Part shown: positions 32,505 through 42,191 of the stretch, one piece after another
Position numbering within the stretch: position 1 is the first letter of the stretch
Layout: every line of letters starts with the position of its first letter
Assembly: GCA_030055515.1 (NCBI GenBank)
Contig: JASFYI010000002.1
Coordinates: 63,290-127,289, forward strand
Direction of reading: 5' to 3'
DNA length: 64,000 nucleotides
DNA from: Methanolinea sp.
GTDB lineage: Archaea; Halobacteriota; Methanomicrobia; Methanomicrobiales; Methanospirillaceae
Notes under the pieces: generated by a model
The model's database searches: none
Told to the model about the DNA's origin: nothing
What the model saw: only the letters and a program-made list of their open reading frames with translations
Position numbers and translations under genes: made by a program

Positions 32505-34625
32505 CTACCGCGTGGTGCCCTGCACCGCGAGCGATTCCCTCGCCCTCTTCCACCCCGAGATGTCCCTGAAAGACTCTATCGCCCCGACGATGTTTCCCTC
32601 CCCGTCGAAGAGGGGGGATGCCTTTGCCCAGATGTACCTCTCCGTGCCCCCCGCCGACCCCGGGATCGTTGCCTCGGCGTAGAGGCTGTCCCCGAACTTC
32701 CTCACGGACGGGTGGTTCCTCGCGAGCTCGTGCGCCGGCAGGCCGAGGATGTCGACGAGGACGGGCATCGTGCCCTTCAGGAACGAGAGGGCTTCCCTGT
32801 ACCTGTCGGAGCCGAGCACTTCCTCCTTCCTCACACCCGAGAGGACTTCCATCGCCCGGTTCCACGCGATGACCCTCCTGTCCCTCCCGAGGATGAAGGT
32901 CGGGTCCGGCATGAATTCCGCGGCCTCCTGGATCTTCTCGTACGTCGTCCTGAGGGCCTTCTCCATGGCCTTCTGGGCAGTGATCTCCATGAAAACGCCG
33001 ATGTAAGAGGCAGGCATGCCTGCCTCGTCCCTGACGAGCGTGAGGGACGACTGGAAGAACCGTGACTTCCCGTCCCCTACCCTGATGCGTATCTCGCCGT
33101 TCCACGCCCCAGAGCGGCTCACCTCCCGCCTTATCTCAGCGAGGGATGGCGTGAAATACCTCGTGAGGTTCCAGAACTCGCCCATGTGGTTCTCCTGCAT
33201 GTCGCGCAGGTCCCTCGCACCGAAGAGGGAGAGGAAGACCTTGTTTGCGTACACGAGCCGATCGTCGGGGTCGAAGATCACGATGGCATTCGTCGCGGAC
33301 TCTATCGCGGCGTTCCTGATGCGTATCTCGCGTTCGGCCTCGATCCTCTCGCTGATGTCCGTGAAGGAGGCCATCATCGCGATGGGATTCCCCTCCGCGT
33401 CCCGGACGAGGTTTGCGGTGTGGAACGCGTGGACGGTCCGCCCGTCGCCCCGCGGGATCAGGACTTCCCCGTTCCACTCGCCCCTCTCCAAAAGGAGCCT
33501 CGGGGCACCTTCCAACCTTTCGCCCGCTGTCCCGGCCGGAAAGAGCGTCCTGAGGGGCTGCCCGATGACCGCGTCGCCCAAGGGATCCCCAATCATTTTG
33601 AGGAACGCCGCATTCGCGTACGTGATGCGCCCGTCGAGGGTCGCGATGACGACGCCATTGACGGACGACGAGACGGCCATGTCGAGGACGCGGAGCCTCT
33701 CCTCGGAGAGCCTCTTTTCCGTGATGTCCCTCCCCACCCCCTGGTACTCGACGATCCTCCCGCTGCCGTCGAGAATTGCCCTGTGCGTCCAGAGATGCCA
33801 CCTCGTCTCGCCCCCGGGGCAGACGACCCTGTGCTCGTGGGTCTCCACGTCCCGCCCGGGTCCGAGGGAGAGGATCCTTTCCCTCACCATCTCCCTGTCC
33901 TCGGGGTGGACGTACTCCAGTATGTCCTTCCCGGGTACCTCGCCGGCCACCCATCCCATGTACTTGCACAGCGCGCCGTTGGCGAAGGTGAGGCGGAAAT
34001 CGGGGTCGAACCTGCAGATGAACTCTGTCTGATCCTCGACGATCGCCCTGTACCTCTCCTCGCTCATCCTGAGTCTCCTCTCGTATTCCCGCGGGAGGGT
34101 GACGTCCTCGAATATCAGGGTATACCCCCTCCTCCCGTCTTCAAAGACCGTGGGGACGACCTTGTACGCGAGCGTGCACTCCCTGCCCCGGATTTCGAAC
34201 GATATCTCCTGCTTCTTCCCGGATGAGGAGTCGGCTGTCTGGATAGTCGCGGAGATCTCCCCAAGAGCGGGGATAACAAGCTCCCCGATGGCTGATCCCA
34301 GCACGTCCTCCCTCCTCGCCGAGAAGAAAGAGAGGAAGTTCTCGTTGACGTCGGTGACCCGCAGGTCCGCGTCGAGGATGAGGATGAGCTCGGTCGTGAA
34401 CCGCAGGACGGAGGAGATAGGGACGCGCTGGGCGAGTGTGTAGACCTTCGCGTTCCCGTACACCCTCACTTCCACCTCGCCCGTGATGAGGAGGATCTCG
34501 AGGTACTTCGCCACGGAATTCCTGTTCATTTTCAGGGTGTGCGCGATGTCAGAGATCGTGAGGCCTTTGGGGCGGCTCTTCAGCAGCCTCTTGATTCTCG
34601 AGATCTTCTCCCGGTCGAGGATCAT
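32505..34625 (-). CDS. Winged-HTH plus multi-PAS (about five PAS/PAC units) sensor-regulator, no kinase domain
   Basis: 706 aa. The N-terminal LTISDIAHTLKMNRNSVAKYLEILLITGEV HTH is followed by repeated PAS S-box blocks (for example SEERYRAIVEDQTEFICRF, ...GVGRDITE, ...FTDISER). It ends without HisKA/HATPase motifs. Confidence 0.8.
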   Translation of the reverse strand: MILDREKISRIKRLLKSRPKGLTISDIAHTLKMNRNSVAKYLEILLITGEVEVRVYGNAKVYTLAQRVPISSVLRFTTELILILDADLRVTDVNENFLSFFSARREDVLGSAIGELVIPALGEISATIQTADSSSGKKQEISFEIRGRECTLAYKVVPTVFEDGRRGYTLIFEDVTLPREYERRLRMSEERYRAIVEDQTEFICRFDPDFRLTFANGALCKYMGWVAGEVPGKDILEYVHPEDREMVRERILSLGPGRDVETHEHRVVCPGGETRWHLWTHRAILDGSGRIVEYQGVGRDITEKRLSEERLRVLDMAVSSSVNGVVIATLDGRITYANAAFLKMIGDPLGDAVIGQPLRTLFPAGTAGERLEGAPRLLLERGEWNGEVLIPRGDGRTVHAFHTANLVRDAEGNPIAMMASFTDISERIEAEREIRIRNAAIESATNAIVIFDPDDRLVYANKVFLSLFGARDLRDMQENHMGEFWNLTRYFTPSLAEIRREVSRSGAWNGEIRIRVGDGKSRFFQSSLTLVRDEAGMPASYIGVFMEITAQKAMEKALRTTYEKIQEAAEFMPDPTFILGRDRRVIAWNRAMEVLSGVRKEEVLGSDRYREALSFLKGTMPVLVDILGLPAHELARNHPSVRKFGDSLYAEATIPGSAGGTERYIWAKASPLFDGEGNIVGAIESFRDISGWKRARESLAVQGTTR

Positions 34626-34813
34626 GGCAATGGTGTGATCGCACGCTGCCCCCTATAAATATATGCCCGCATTCCGTGCGGGACCCTGCCTCTCTCACGC
34701 GCCGGAAAAAGGCCGTGACACTTTTGGTCTCCGCGGGAGAACTTGTTCCCGGGAAATGACCGGGGGAGGCCTCCATCAAAAGGTATTTGCCACCCCGCGG
34801 GACATTCCTATCG

Positions 34814-35275
34814 ATGGCGAGTCCCCCGCCGGCCGCAGAGATCCTCCTCGTCGAAGACAACCCCAACGACGTCGAACTCATCCTCCACGTCTTCCAGTGG
34901 TGCAACCTCTCTAACAGGGTCCACGTCGCGTGGAACGGGGAGGAGGCCCTCGACTACATCTTCGGGACAGGACCGTACGCGGGGAGGGATACCTGTCACC
35001 ACCCGCAGGTCATTCTCCTCGACCTGAAACTCCCCAGAGTCGACGGGATCGAGGTGCTCAGGAGGCTGAAGAATGACCCGCGGACCCGGACGATTCCTGT
35101 CGTCGTCCTGACCTCTTCGAGGGAGGAGAGGGATATCGTGAGGAGCTACGACCTCGGCGTGAACAGCTACATCGTTAAGCCCGTGAAATTCGACGATTTT
35201 GTCTGCGTGATAAGGGAACTAGGGCTCTACTGGAAGACGATCAACCAGCCGCCTGTCGAGGAGAGGGGAGAGTGA
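34814..35275 (+). CDS. Single-domain response regulator receiver (CheY-like)
   Basis: Trimmed to ATG 34814. ILLVEDNPND, phospho-acceptor context VILLDLKLPRVDG, VVVLTSS, NSYIVKP. Confidence 0.85.
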   Translation: MASPPPAAEILLVEDNPNDVELILHVFQWCNLSNRVHVAWNGEEALDYIFGTGPYAGRDTCHHPQVILLDLKLPRVDGIEVLRRLKNDPRTRTIPVVVLTSSREERDIVRSYDLGVNSYIVKPVKFDDFVCVIRELGLYWKTINQPPVEERGE

Positions 35276-35289
35276 AACACCCCCTCCTC

Positions 35290-36240
35290 TCAGTCCCCCC
35301 TCTTTCCCGCGAGTGGTCTGCCCGAGGGTCCGGCCCTCCCGGCGTGCTGGTCAGCAAAGAGGAGGTAGTATGCCGCAAGGCCCTTCCAGTCGCCCCACCT
35401 CCGGGCAAACTCCCTCGCCTGGCCGGGGGTGATGAGGTCCCCGAGGGAGTAGAACCGGGCAATCGCGCGCCGGATGCCGAGGTCGCCCGCCGGGATTACG
35501 TCCAGACGGTGCAAACCCCGGAGGAGGACGAACTCCGCCGTCCACCTCCCTATCCCCCTGATGCGGCACAGCTCGTCGATGACCACTCCCGGGTCATTCG
35601 GCCCCCTGTAGGCCTCTAGGTCGATCTCCCCCTCCCTCGCCGCCCGCGCGATCTCGAGGATATACCCCGCTTTCCGGAAGGAGAGCCCGCATTCCCGGAG
35701 ATCCCGGGGAGATGCATCCGCAAAGTCCTCCGGGCGGGGGTACGCGTAGAACGTCCCCTGCGCCGTCCGCACCTCCTCCCCAAAACGCCTCACCACGCGG
35801 GACTCGACCTGCCTCGCGACCGGGGTCGCGATCTGCTGCTCGATGATTGAAGTCACGACGGCCTCAAAGACCGTCTCGGAGGAGATCATCCTCAGCCCGG
35901 AGAGGGCCTCTGTGAGCCTCGAGAGGACAGGGTCGCCAGCGACGGCACGGGAGAACGCGTCCAGGTCGTCACCGGTGTTCAGGAGGCGGGTCACGCACTC
36001 TTGGAGTTCCGCTTCGGATACCAGGGTGTCCCCTCCCGTGCCGAGGACATCCACCGCGAGGACGGCCTCCCCGTCCTGCCCAACGTCCCGTACCCTGATC
36101 GCAACAGGGGTTTCCCCCACCCGGACAACCTGCGAGAGGATACCACCGTGGTATTTCCGGACCGCCGGGTCCCCGGCGGAGAACACGCTGCAGATCAAGG
36201 CAAAATCGTAGGGGAGCTTGGGGTGGATGGAGAGGGGCAT
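35290..36240 (-). CDS. HhH-GPD DNA glycosylase (AlkA / 3-methyladenine DNA glycosylase II-like)
   Basis: Trimmed to ATG 36240. N-terminal AlkA-like domain, then helix-hairpin-helix LCRIRGIGRWTAEFVLLRGL followed by the catalytic Asp (PAGDLG). Confidence 0.8.
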   Translation of the reverse strand: MPLSIHPKLPYDFALICSVFSAGDPAVRKYHGGILSQVVRVGETPVAIRVRDVGQDGEAVLAVDVLGTGGDTLVSEAELQECVTRLLNTGDDLDAFSRAVAGDPVLSRLTEALSGLRMISSETVFEAVVTSIIEQQIATPVARQVESRVVRRFGEEVRTAQGTFYAYPRPEDFADASPRDLRECGLSFRKAGYILEIARAAREGEIDLEAYRGPNDPGVVIDELCRIRGIGRWTAEFVLLRGLHRLDVIPAGDLGIRRAIARFYSLGDLITPGQAREFARRWGDWKGLAAYYLLFADQHAGRAGPSGRPLAGKRGD

Positions 36241-36339
36241 TCCAGGGTTGTACGGTGGATTGGGGGGGAGAAAAAGGTGCGGGATTCCCCGCGGGCCGTT
36301 TTGGGAACCTTTAATGCTCCCGGTTCCCACCCATCACGC

Positions 36340-37362
36340 ATGATCAAAGTTGCCATCAATGGCTACGGGACGATAGGAAAGCGCGTCGCCGACGCCGTTG
36401 CTGCCCAGCCGGACATGGAGGTCATCGGCGTCTCGAAGACGAGGCCGAGCCACGAGGCCTTCATCGCGAGGGAGAAAGGGTACCCGCTCTACATCGCCGA
36501 CATCTCGAAGAAGGCCGCGTTCGAGAAGGCCGGCCTCCCGGTCGCGGGGAGCGTGGAGGACATGCTCGCGCGCGCAGATATCGTCGTGGACGCGACACCG
36601 GGGGGGGTCGGCGAGAAGAACAAGCCACTCTACGAGAAGGCAGGGATCAAGGCCATCTGGCAGGGGGGAGAGGAGCACGAAGTCGCGGGTTTCTCCTTCA
36701 ACGCCGACTGCAACTACGCCGACGCGATCGGGCGGCAGTTCGCCCGCGTCGTCTCGTGCAACACGACGGGGCTCTGCCGGATCATCAACGCGATGGACAG
36801 GAACTTCGGCGTGGAGAGGGTGAGGGCGGTGATGGTCCGCCGCGGCGGCGACCCCGCGGACATCAAGAGGGGGCCCATCGACGCGATCGTCCTCAACCCG
36901 GTCACGATCCCGAGCCACCACGGGCCCGACGTGCAGAGCGTCCTGCCCCACATCAACATCGTCACGCTCGCGATGGTCGTCCCGGTGACGATGATGCACA
37001 TGCACGTCGTCCAGATGGACCTGAAAGAGGAGGCAACGCGCGAGGAGGTCATCAGGATCATCGAGCAGAATCCACGCCTCGGGCTGATCCGGAAGGCGAC
37101 CGGGATCACGAGCACCGCCGAGCTGAAGGAGTACGCGATGGACCTCGGGAGGCCCCGGTCGGACCTCTGGGAGAACGGCATCTTCGAGGAGTCGATCTCC
37201 TGCATGGGCAGGGAACTCTACCTCTTCCAGGCGATCCACCAGGAGGCAGACGTCGTCGTCGAGAACATCGACTGCATCAGGGCGATGACGGGGACCGAGA
37301 AGGACCCGGCAAAGTCCATCGCGATGACGAACGAGGCACTGAACTTCCGCCCCATAAGGTAA
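36340..37362 (+). CDS. gap: Archaeal type II glyceraldehyde-3-phosphate dehydrogenase
   Basis: Trimmed to ATG 36340. MIKVAINGYGTIGKRVADAV, active site VSCNTTGL, HHGPDV. About 340 aa as in archaeal GAPDH. Confidence 0.95.
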   Translation: MIKVAINGYGTIGKRVADAVAAQPDMEVIGVSKTRPSHEAFIAREKGYPLYIADISKKAAFEKAGLPVAGSVEDMLARADIVVDATPGGVGEKNKPLYEKAGIKAIWQGGEEHEVAGFSFNADCNYADAIGRQFARVVSCNTTGLCRIINAMDRNFGVERVRAVMVRRGGDPADIKRGPIDAIVLNPVTIPSHHGPDVQSVLPHINIVTLAMVVPVTMMHMHVVQMDLKEEATREEVIRIIEQNPRLGLIRKATGITSTAELKEYAMDLGRPRSDLWENGIFEESISCMGRELYLFQAIHQEADVVVENIDCIRAMTGTEKDPAKSIAMTNEALNFRPIR

Positions 37363-37364
37363 AA

Positions 37365-37369
37365 TTTTT
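37365..37369 (+). terminator. Oligo-T terminator (T5) right after the gap stop
   Basis: TAAAATTTTTCC. The T5 begins 3 nt after the TAA, followed by a 200-nt non-coding spacer. Confidence 0.5.
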
Positions 37370-37562
37370 CCCCGCGAGGGGGGGCTGGGGGACTCCCCCC
37401 GGGGTTTCACCAGGGGGTTGACCGGTGCGTCCCCCGATGGTCGCCGCGCCGTGGCCCCGGGGATCCAAGCGCCGGCTCCGCGCGGGAGGGCGGCCCCCGC
37501 ACCGGCGTGCACGGGGGCGTGCCACACAAGCATTAACACCACGCGTTCCCCATTTTATGTGA

Positions 37563-38504
37563 ATGGACGCGTACGCTCTGGCGACGAGGAACACCGTGGA
37601 GGTGGTCACGACCGACGAGCTTGTCGCCCTCCTCGGGAAGGAGAGAAAGAGGGTGTATGCCGGGTACGAGCCGAGCGGGGAGATCCACCTCGGCCACCTC
37701 GTGACGGTCAACAAGCTCATGGACCTAAAGGAGGCCGGGTTCGAGGTCACGGTCCTCCTCGCCGACCTCCACGCGTTCCTCAACAGGAAGGGGACGATGG
37801 AGGAGGTGAGCGCACTCGCCGAGTACAACAGGAAGTGCTTCGAGGCGCTCGGCCTCTCGGGCGTCCGCTACGTGAAGGGCTCCGACATCCAGCTCGACCG
37901 GGACTACGAGCTCCTGGTCCTCCGCCTCTCCCAGCAGATCACGCTGAACAGGGCGACGCGGAGCATGGACGAGGTGGGCAGGCAGATGGACAACCCCACG
38001 GTCTCCCAGATGATCTACCCGATCATGCAGATGGTGGACATCGCGAGGCTCGGCGTGGACGCGGCCGTGGGGGGGATCGACCAGAGGAAGATCCACATGC
38101 TCGCGAGGGAGTACCTCCCGTCCGTCGGGTACCCCGCACCGGTCTGCATCCACACGCCCATCCTCTGCGGCCTCGACGGGAAGAAGATGTCGTCGTCGAG
38201 CCACAACTACATCTCGGTCGCGGATTCCGCCGACGCGATTGAGAAGAAGTGCAGCAAGGCATTCTGCCCGCCGGAGTGCGAGGGCAACCCCATCCTCCAG
38301 ATCATGCAGTACCACATCTTCCCGCGCGTCCCCCGCGTCGAGGTCCGCCGGCCTGAGAAGTTCGGCGGAGACCGGGAGTTCGAGAGCTACGCCGCCCTCG
38401 AGGAGGCGTACAGGAAGGGGGAGATCCACCCCCTCGACCTCAAGAAGACCGCTGCACGGTACCTCTCCGAGTTGCTCGCCGGGGTGCGGGACCGCATCGC
38501 GTAG
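37563..38504 (+). CDS. tyrS: Tyrosine-tRNA ligase (archaeal type)
   Basis: 313 aa. HIGH-type motif GEIHLGHL and KMSKS-type KMSSS. Short archaeal TyrRS without a C-terminal S4 domain. Confidence 0.95.
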   Translation: MDAYALATRNTVEVVTTDELVALLGKERKRVYAGYEPSGEIHLGHLVTVNKLMDLKEAGFEVTVLLADLHAFLNRKGTMEEVSALAEYNRKCFEALGLSGVRYVKGSDIQLDRDYELLVLRLSQQITLNRATRSMDEVGRQMDNPTVSQMIYPIMQMVDIARLGVDAAVGGIDQRKIHMLAREYLPSVGYPAPVCIHTPILCGLDGKKMSSSSHNYISVADSADAIEKKCSKAFCPPECEGNPILQIMQYHIFPRVPRVEVRRPEKFGGDREFESYAALEEAYRKGEIHPLDLKKTAARYLSELLAGVRDRIA

Positions 38505-38524
38505 GCCGGGGGGGGGGTGCGCAC

Positions 38525-39331
38525 GTGAGCCTCGAGCGAATCCAGGACAGGTTCGACCGGAAGATCGCGGAACTCGGTGTCCGCGTCAAGGACGTCGACC
38601 AGCTGAAGGTGCGGGAGGACGTCTTTGACGAGATCACCCTGCTCTCCCTCTACCGCCTCGTCCACAAGGGCTGGCTCACCGCGATCGGGGGGTCCATCTC
38701 GACGGGGAAGGAGGCGAACGTCTTCTTCGGGGAGAGGGACGGGACCGACCTCGCGATCAAGATCTACCGGATTCGGACCGCGAATTTCAACGCGATGAGC
38801 GAGTACATCATCGGGGACAGGAGGTTTGCGGGGATACGCAGGACGCGCAAGGACATCGTCTTTGCGTGGACGAGGAAAGAGTACTCGAACCTCCTGCGGG
38901 CCCACGAGGCCGGTCTCTCCGTCCCGCGGCCGCTCGTGTGGGACAGGAACATCCTCGTCATGGAGTTCCTCGGGGAGGACGAGCGTCCCTACCCGCAGCT
39001 CCGCCTCGCGGACCTCGAGGATCCCGCGGGAGCATACCGGGAGATCCTCGACTTTATCCGCGTCCTCTACAGGGATGCAGGCCTCGTCCACGCAGACCTC
39101 TCCGAGTACAACATCCTCGCGGGCGACCGCCTCTACTTCATCGACATGGGCCAGGCAGTCACGCGGGATCATCCCCGGGCCCTGTCGTTCCTCGCCCGGG
39201 ACATCGCCCAAATCAACAGGTTTTTCCGCTCGAAGTGCCCTCTCCGTGATGAGAGGGAGATATTCTCCGAAGTGACCGGAATCGTGCCGCAAGGAGAGGG
39301 GGCCGGGGACGCGGAGGGGGGAGATGCATGA
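38525..39331 (+). CDS. rio1: RIO-type serine/threonine protein kinase (Rio1)
   Basis: 268 aa (GTG start). ISTGKEANVF, catalytic HADLSEYNIL, metal-binding IDMGQAV. Confidence 0.9.
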   Translation: MSLERIQDRFDRKIAELGVRVKDVDQLKVREDVFDEITLLSLYRLVHKGWLTAIGGSISTGKEANVFFGERDGTDLAIKIYRIRTANFNAMSEYIIGDRRFAGIRRTRKDIVFAWTRKEYSNLLRAHEAGLSVPRPLVWDRNILVMEFLGEDERPYPQLRLADLEDPAGAYREILDFIRVLYRDAGLVHADLSEYNILAGDRLYFIDMGQAVTRDHPRALSFLARDIAQINRFFRSKCPLRDEREIFSEVTGIVPQGEGAGDAEGGDA

Positions 39332-39867
39332 TCCAGGAACTGAAGGTGGCCCAGAACCGCATCGGGGTCCTGATAGGGAAAGGGGGGCAGGTGAAGAGGG
39401 AACTCGAGGAGAAGACGGGGACCAGGATCCAGATCGACAGCCAGGAAGGGACCGTGACCGTGGAAGGGGAGGATGCCCTCCCCTTCCTCAGGGCAGTCGA
39501 GGTCATCAACGCGATCAACAGGGGATTCTCGCCCGAGAGGGCATTCTGCCTCCTCGAGGACGAGGACCTCCTCCTCGAGGTGATCGACCTCTCGGGTGTC
39601 GCGGACACCCCGCGCCAGCTCGACAGGATCAGGGGGAGGATCATCGGCCGCGACGGCAGGGCGAGGGAGCAGATAGAGCACATGACGGACACGAAGGTCT
39701 CGGTCTTCGGCAAGACGATCGCGCTCATCGGGCTGCCCGAGAACCTGAAGGTCGCCCGCACGGCAATCGACATGCTGATCGAGGGTGCACCGCACGAGGC
39801 AGTCTTTGCATACCTCGAGAAGAAGCGACAGGAATCGAGGCAGAACCTCGTCGATTACTACTACTGA
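39328..39867 (+). CDS. KH-domain RNA-binding protein (archaeal Dim2/Pno1 homologue)
   Basis: 179 aa. Two KH units with GxxG loops (IGKGGQVK; IGRDGRAR). ATGA overlap with rio1, the conserved archaeal rio1-KH pairing. Confidence 0.85.
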   Translation: MIQELKVAQNRIGVLIGKGGQVKRELEEKTGTRIQIDSQEGTVTVEGEDALPFLRAVEVINAINRGFSPERAFCLLEDEDLLLEVIDLSGVADTPRQLDRIRGRIIGRDGRAREQIEHMTDTKVSVFGKTIALIGLPENLKVARTAIDMLIEGAPHEAVFAYLEKKRQESRQNLVDYYY

Positions 39868-39920
39868 TGGGCAGGGAGACCGCCCCCCCCCCACGGGCTG
39901 CAGTGCGCGGCGCGGGAGCA

Positions 39921-39932
39921 TTTCCACTGGAG
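39921..39932 (-). repeat. Orphan ORB-like box (TTTCCACTGGAG; reverse complement CTCCAGTGGAAA) upstream of hel308
   Basis: 12/12 identical to the core of the origin box at 43949-43960. It lies in the 145-nt KH-hel308 spacer, and a degenerate opposite-oriented copy TTGGAGTGGAAAT sits at 39987-39999. Confidence 0.4.
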
Positions 39933-40012
39933 TGCAAGTCAGCGTTATACAGGGTGAATCGCGTGGGACTGGATTACATGGCATTCTTGGAGTGGAAATG
40001 AAGGGGTTCGCG

Positions 40013-42190
40013 ATGAGGGTAGGAGACCTCCCCATCCCCGGGTACCTCCGCGAGATCTACGCCCGCCGCGGTATCGACGAGCTCTATCCCCCCCAGGCGG
40101 AATGCATCAGGAAGGGTCTCCTCGAGGGGAGGAACATCCTCCTCTCCGTGCCCACCGCGAGCGGAAAGACGCTCGTCGCCGAGATAGCGATGCACCACCA
40201 CATCTCCCGCGGGGGAAAGTGCCTCTACATCGTCCCCCTGAAAGCCCTCGCGAGCGAGAAGTACGAGGAATTCTCGGGGAAGAATGTGAGGGTAGGGATC
40301 TCCACGGGGGACTTTGACCGGAGGGACGAGTACCTCGGGCGCAACGACATCATCGTGGCGACGAGCGAGAAAGTGGATTCACTCATCAGGAACAGGGCCC
40401 ACTGGATCCCCTCCGTCACCCTCCTCGTCGTCGACGAGGTCCACCTCATCGACGAGCCGCGCAGGGGCCCGACGCTCGAGATGGTCATCGCGAAGATGAG
40501 GGCAAAGAACGCGAATCTCCAGATCATCGCCCTCTCGGCGACTATCGGGAACCCCGGGACCCTCGCCGGATGGCTCGGCGCAGAGGTGGTGTCCGGCACG
40601 TGGCGGCCCGTCGAGCTACGGCAGGGTATCTACTGTGACGGCAGGATACGCTTTGGGGAAGGGTGCAGGGAAGTCCCCGCCGTTTCACGGAACGAGGACG
40701 TGAACCTCGTGCTCGACACGGTCTCCTCGGGGGGGCAGTGCCTCGTCTTCGTCTCCTCGCGCAGGAATGCCGAGGCATTCGCAAAGAGGGCGGCCAGCGC
40801 CCTGAAATGCGCGGATGCCGCCCTAGGCGCGCTCGGGGACCAGATAAAGGGTGCGGCGGCGACAGCCGACGAGGAAGTCCTCGCGAGCTGCGTCGCGAGG
40901 GGTGCTGCGTTCCACCACGCGGGCCTCTCCCGCGAGGCACGCGCGCTCGTCGAGGACGGGTTCAGGAGGGGGCTCATCAAGTGCATCGCGTGCACCCCGA
41001 CGCTCGCCGCGGGACTGAATCTCCCCGCGAGGCGCGTCATCGTCCGGGATTTCCGCAGGTACGAGGCCGGCCTCGGGATGGTCCCCATCCCCGCGCGCGA
41101 GTACCACCAGATGGCAGGCAGGGCGGGGAGACCGGGACTCGACCCCTACGGCGAGGCAATCCTCATCGCGGGCGACGAGGCAGAGGCAGGGCAGCTGAGG
41201 GAATACTACATTGAGTCCCCGCCGGAGAACGTGAACTCCCGGTGCGACAACGACTCCGTGCTCACGGCGCAGATCCTCTCGCTCGTCGCCTCGGGCTTTG
41301 CGCGGACACACGCCGACCTGTTGCAGTTCCTCTCCGGGACTTTCTACCACTACCAGCACGGGAAGAGACGCACGATGGGCGGCCTCGCAGAGAGGGCACT
41401 GCAATTCCTCGAGCGGGCGGGGATGATCACGAGGCTTGAAGACCACCTCGCCGCAACGGAGTATGGGAACCTCGTCTCCCTCCTCTACATCGACCCCCGC
41501 GGGGCGGAGGCGATCGTCTCGGGGATGTCCCGCGCGCGGGAATACTCGGACGTGGCCCTGCTCCAGCTCATCTGCACGACGCCGGATATGTTCTGCCTCT
41601 ACGTCGGCCAGAGGGACCTGCCCCCCCTCGAGAGGTACCTGCTCGAATCCGGGGACGACCTGTGGGCGACGCTCGAGCCCGGGGAAGAGGAGACCTTCTT
41701 TAGGGCCCTCAAGACTGCCCTCGTGCTCGAGGATTGGATAGAGGAAAAGCCCCTCGACCTCATCTGCGAGAGGTTCTCGATCGGGGCCGGCGATCTCCAC
41801 GCGCTCGTCGAGAGCAGCAACTGGCTCCTCCACGCCGCGGCGAGACTCTCTGCGCTCTACGCGCCGCGGTTCACGCGGGAGGTGCAGGTCCTCGAGACCC
41901 GCGTGAAGCACGGCGTGAAGCGCGAGCTCGTCCCCCTCGTCCAGGTACGCAACATCGGGAGGGTGAGGGCAAGGAGCCTCTACACCCACGGGATAAGGTC
42001 GCCGGAGGAGATCCTCGCCGCCGACCCGCGGGTCCTCGCGTCCATCCTCGGCCGGGGAGTTGCCCAGTCGGTCCTCCGTGAGCTCTCGGACGCCGGGCAG
42101 GGCAGGGAGGATGGCCCGGCGGAGGCCGGGGAGGCGGCCGGGGAATCCCCCGCGCAGTCCCGGCTCGATGCATTCCACGGGGGGACGTGA
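40013..42190 (+). CDS. hel308: Hel308 / Ski2-like DNA helicase
   Basis: Trimmed to ATG 40013 (an alternative is 39998). PPQAE, Walker A PTASGKT, DEVH box, SAT, ...HHAGL, and a C-terminal HhH-like domain. About 725 aa. Confidence 0.9.
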   Translation: MRVGDLPIPGYLREIYARRGIDELYPPQAECIRKGLLEGRNILLSVPTASGKTLVAEIAMHHHISRGGKCLYIVPLKALASEKYEEFSGKNVRVGISTGDFDRRDEYLGRNDIIVATSEKVDSLIRNRAHWIPSVTLLVVDEVHLIDEPRRGPTLEMVIAKMRAKNANLQIIALSATIGNPGTLAGWLGAEVVSGTWRPVELRQGIYCDGRIRFGEGCREVPAVSRNEDVNLVLDTVSSGGQCLVFVSSRRNAEAFAKRAASALKCADAALGALGDQIKGAAATADEEVLASCVARGAAFHHAGLSREARALVEDGFRRGLIKCIACTPTLAAGLNLPARRVIVRDFRRYEAGLGMVPIPAREYHQMAGRAGRPGLDPYGEAILIAGDEAEAGQLREYYIESPPENVNSRCDNDSVLTAQILSLVASGFARTHADLLQFLSGTFYHYQHGKRRTMGGLAERALQFLERAGMITRLEDHLAATEYGNLVSLLYIDPRGAEAIVSGMSRAREYSDVALLQLICTTPDMFCLYVGQRDLPPLERYLLESGDDLWATLEPGEEETFFRALKTALVLEDWIEEKPLDLICERFSIGAGDLHALVESSNWLLHAAARLSALYAPRFTREVQVLETRVKHGVKRELVPLVQVRNIGRVRARSLYTHGIRSPEEILAADPRVLASILGRGVAQSVLRELSDAGQGREDGPAEAGEAAGESPAQSRLDAFHGGT

Positions 42191-42191
42191 C

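Noticed and set aside
34892-34900. Partial ORB-core matches inside coding regions (TTCCAGTGG in the receiver gene at 34892-34900; TTCCACTGGA in the ArnT-like gene at 29843-29852)
   Set aside because: These are only 9-10 nt matches lacking the AAAC/G-string extension. They lie inside well-supported CDSs and occur at a frequency compatible with chance in 128 kb of two-strand sequence.
37370-37562. About 200-nt GC-rich spacer between gap and tyrS, considered as a structured RNA
   Set aside because: It holds only short local hairpins (for example GCACG-GGGG-CGTGC), with no match to any RNA family I can recognise by eye. It follows a clear T5 terminator and probably just contains the tyrS promoter. 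The question cannot be resolved without covariance or transcript data.
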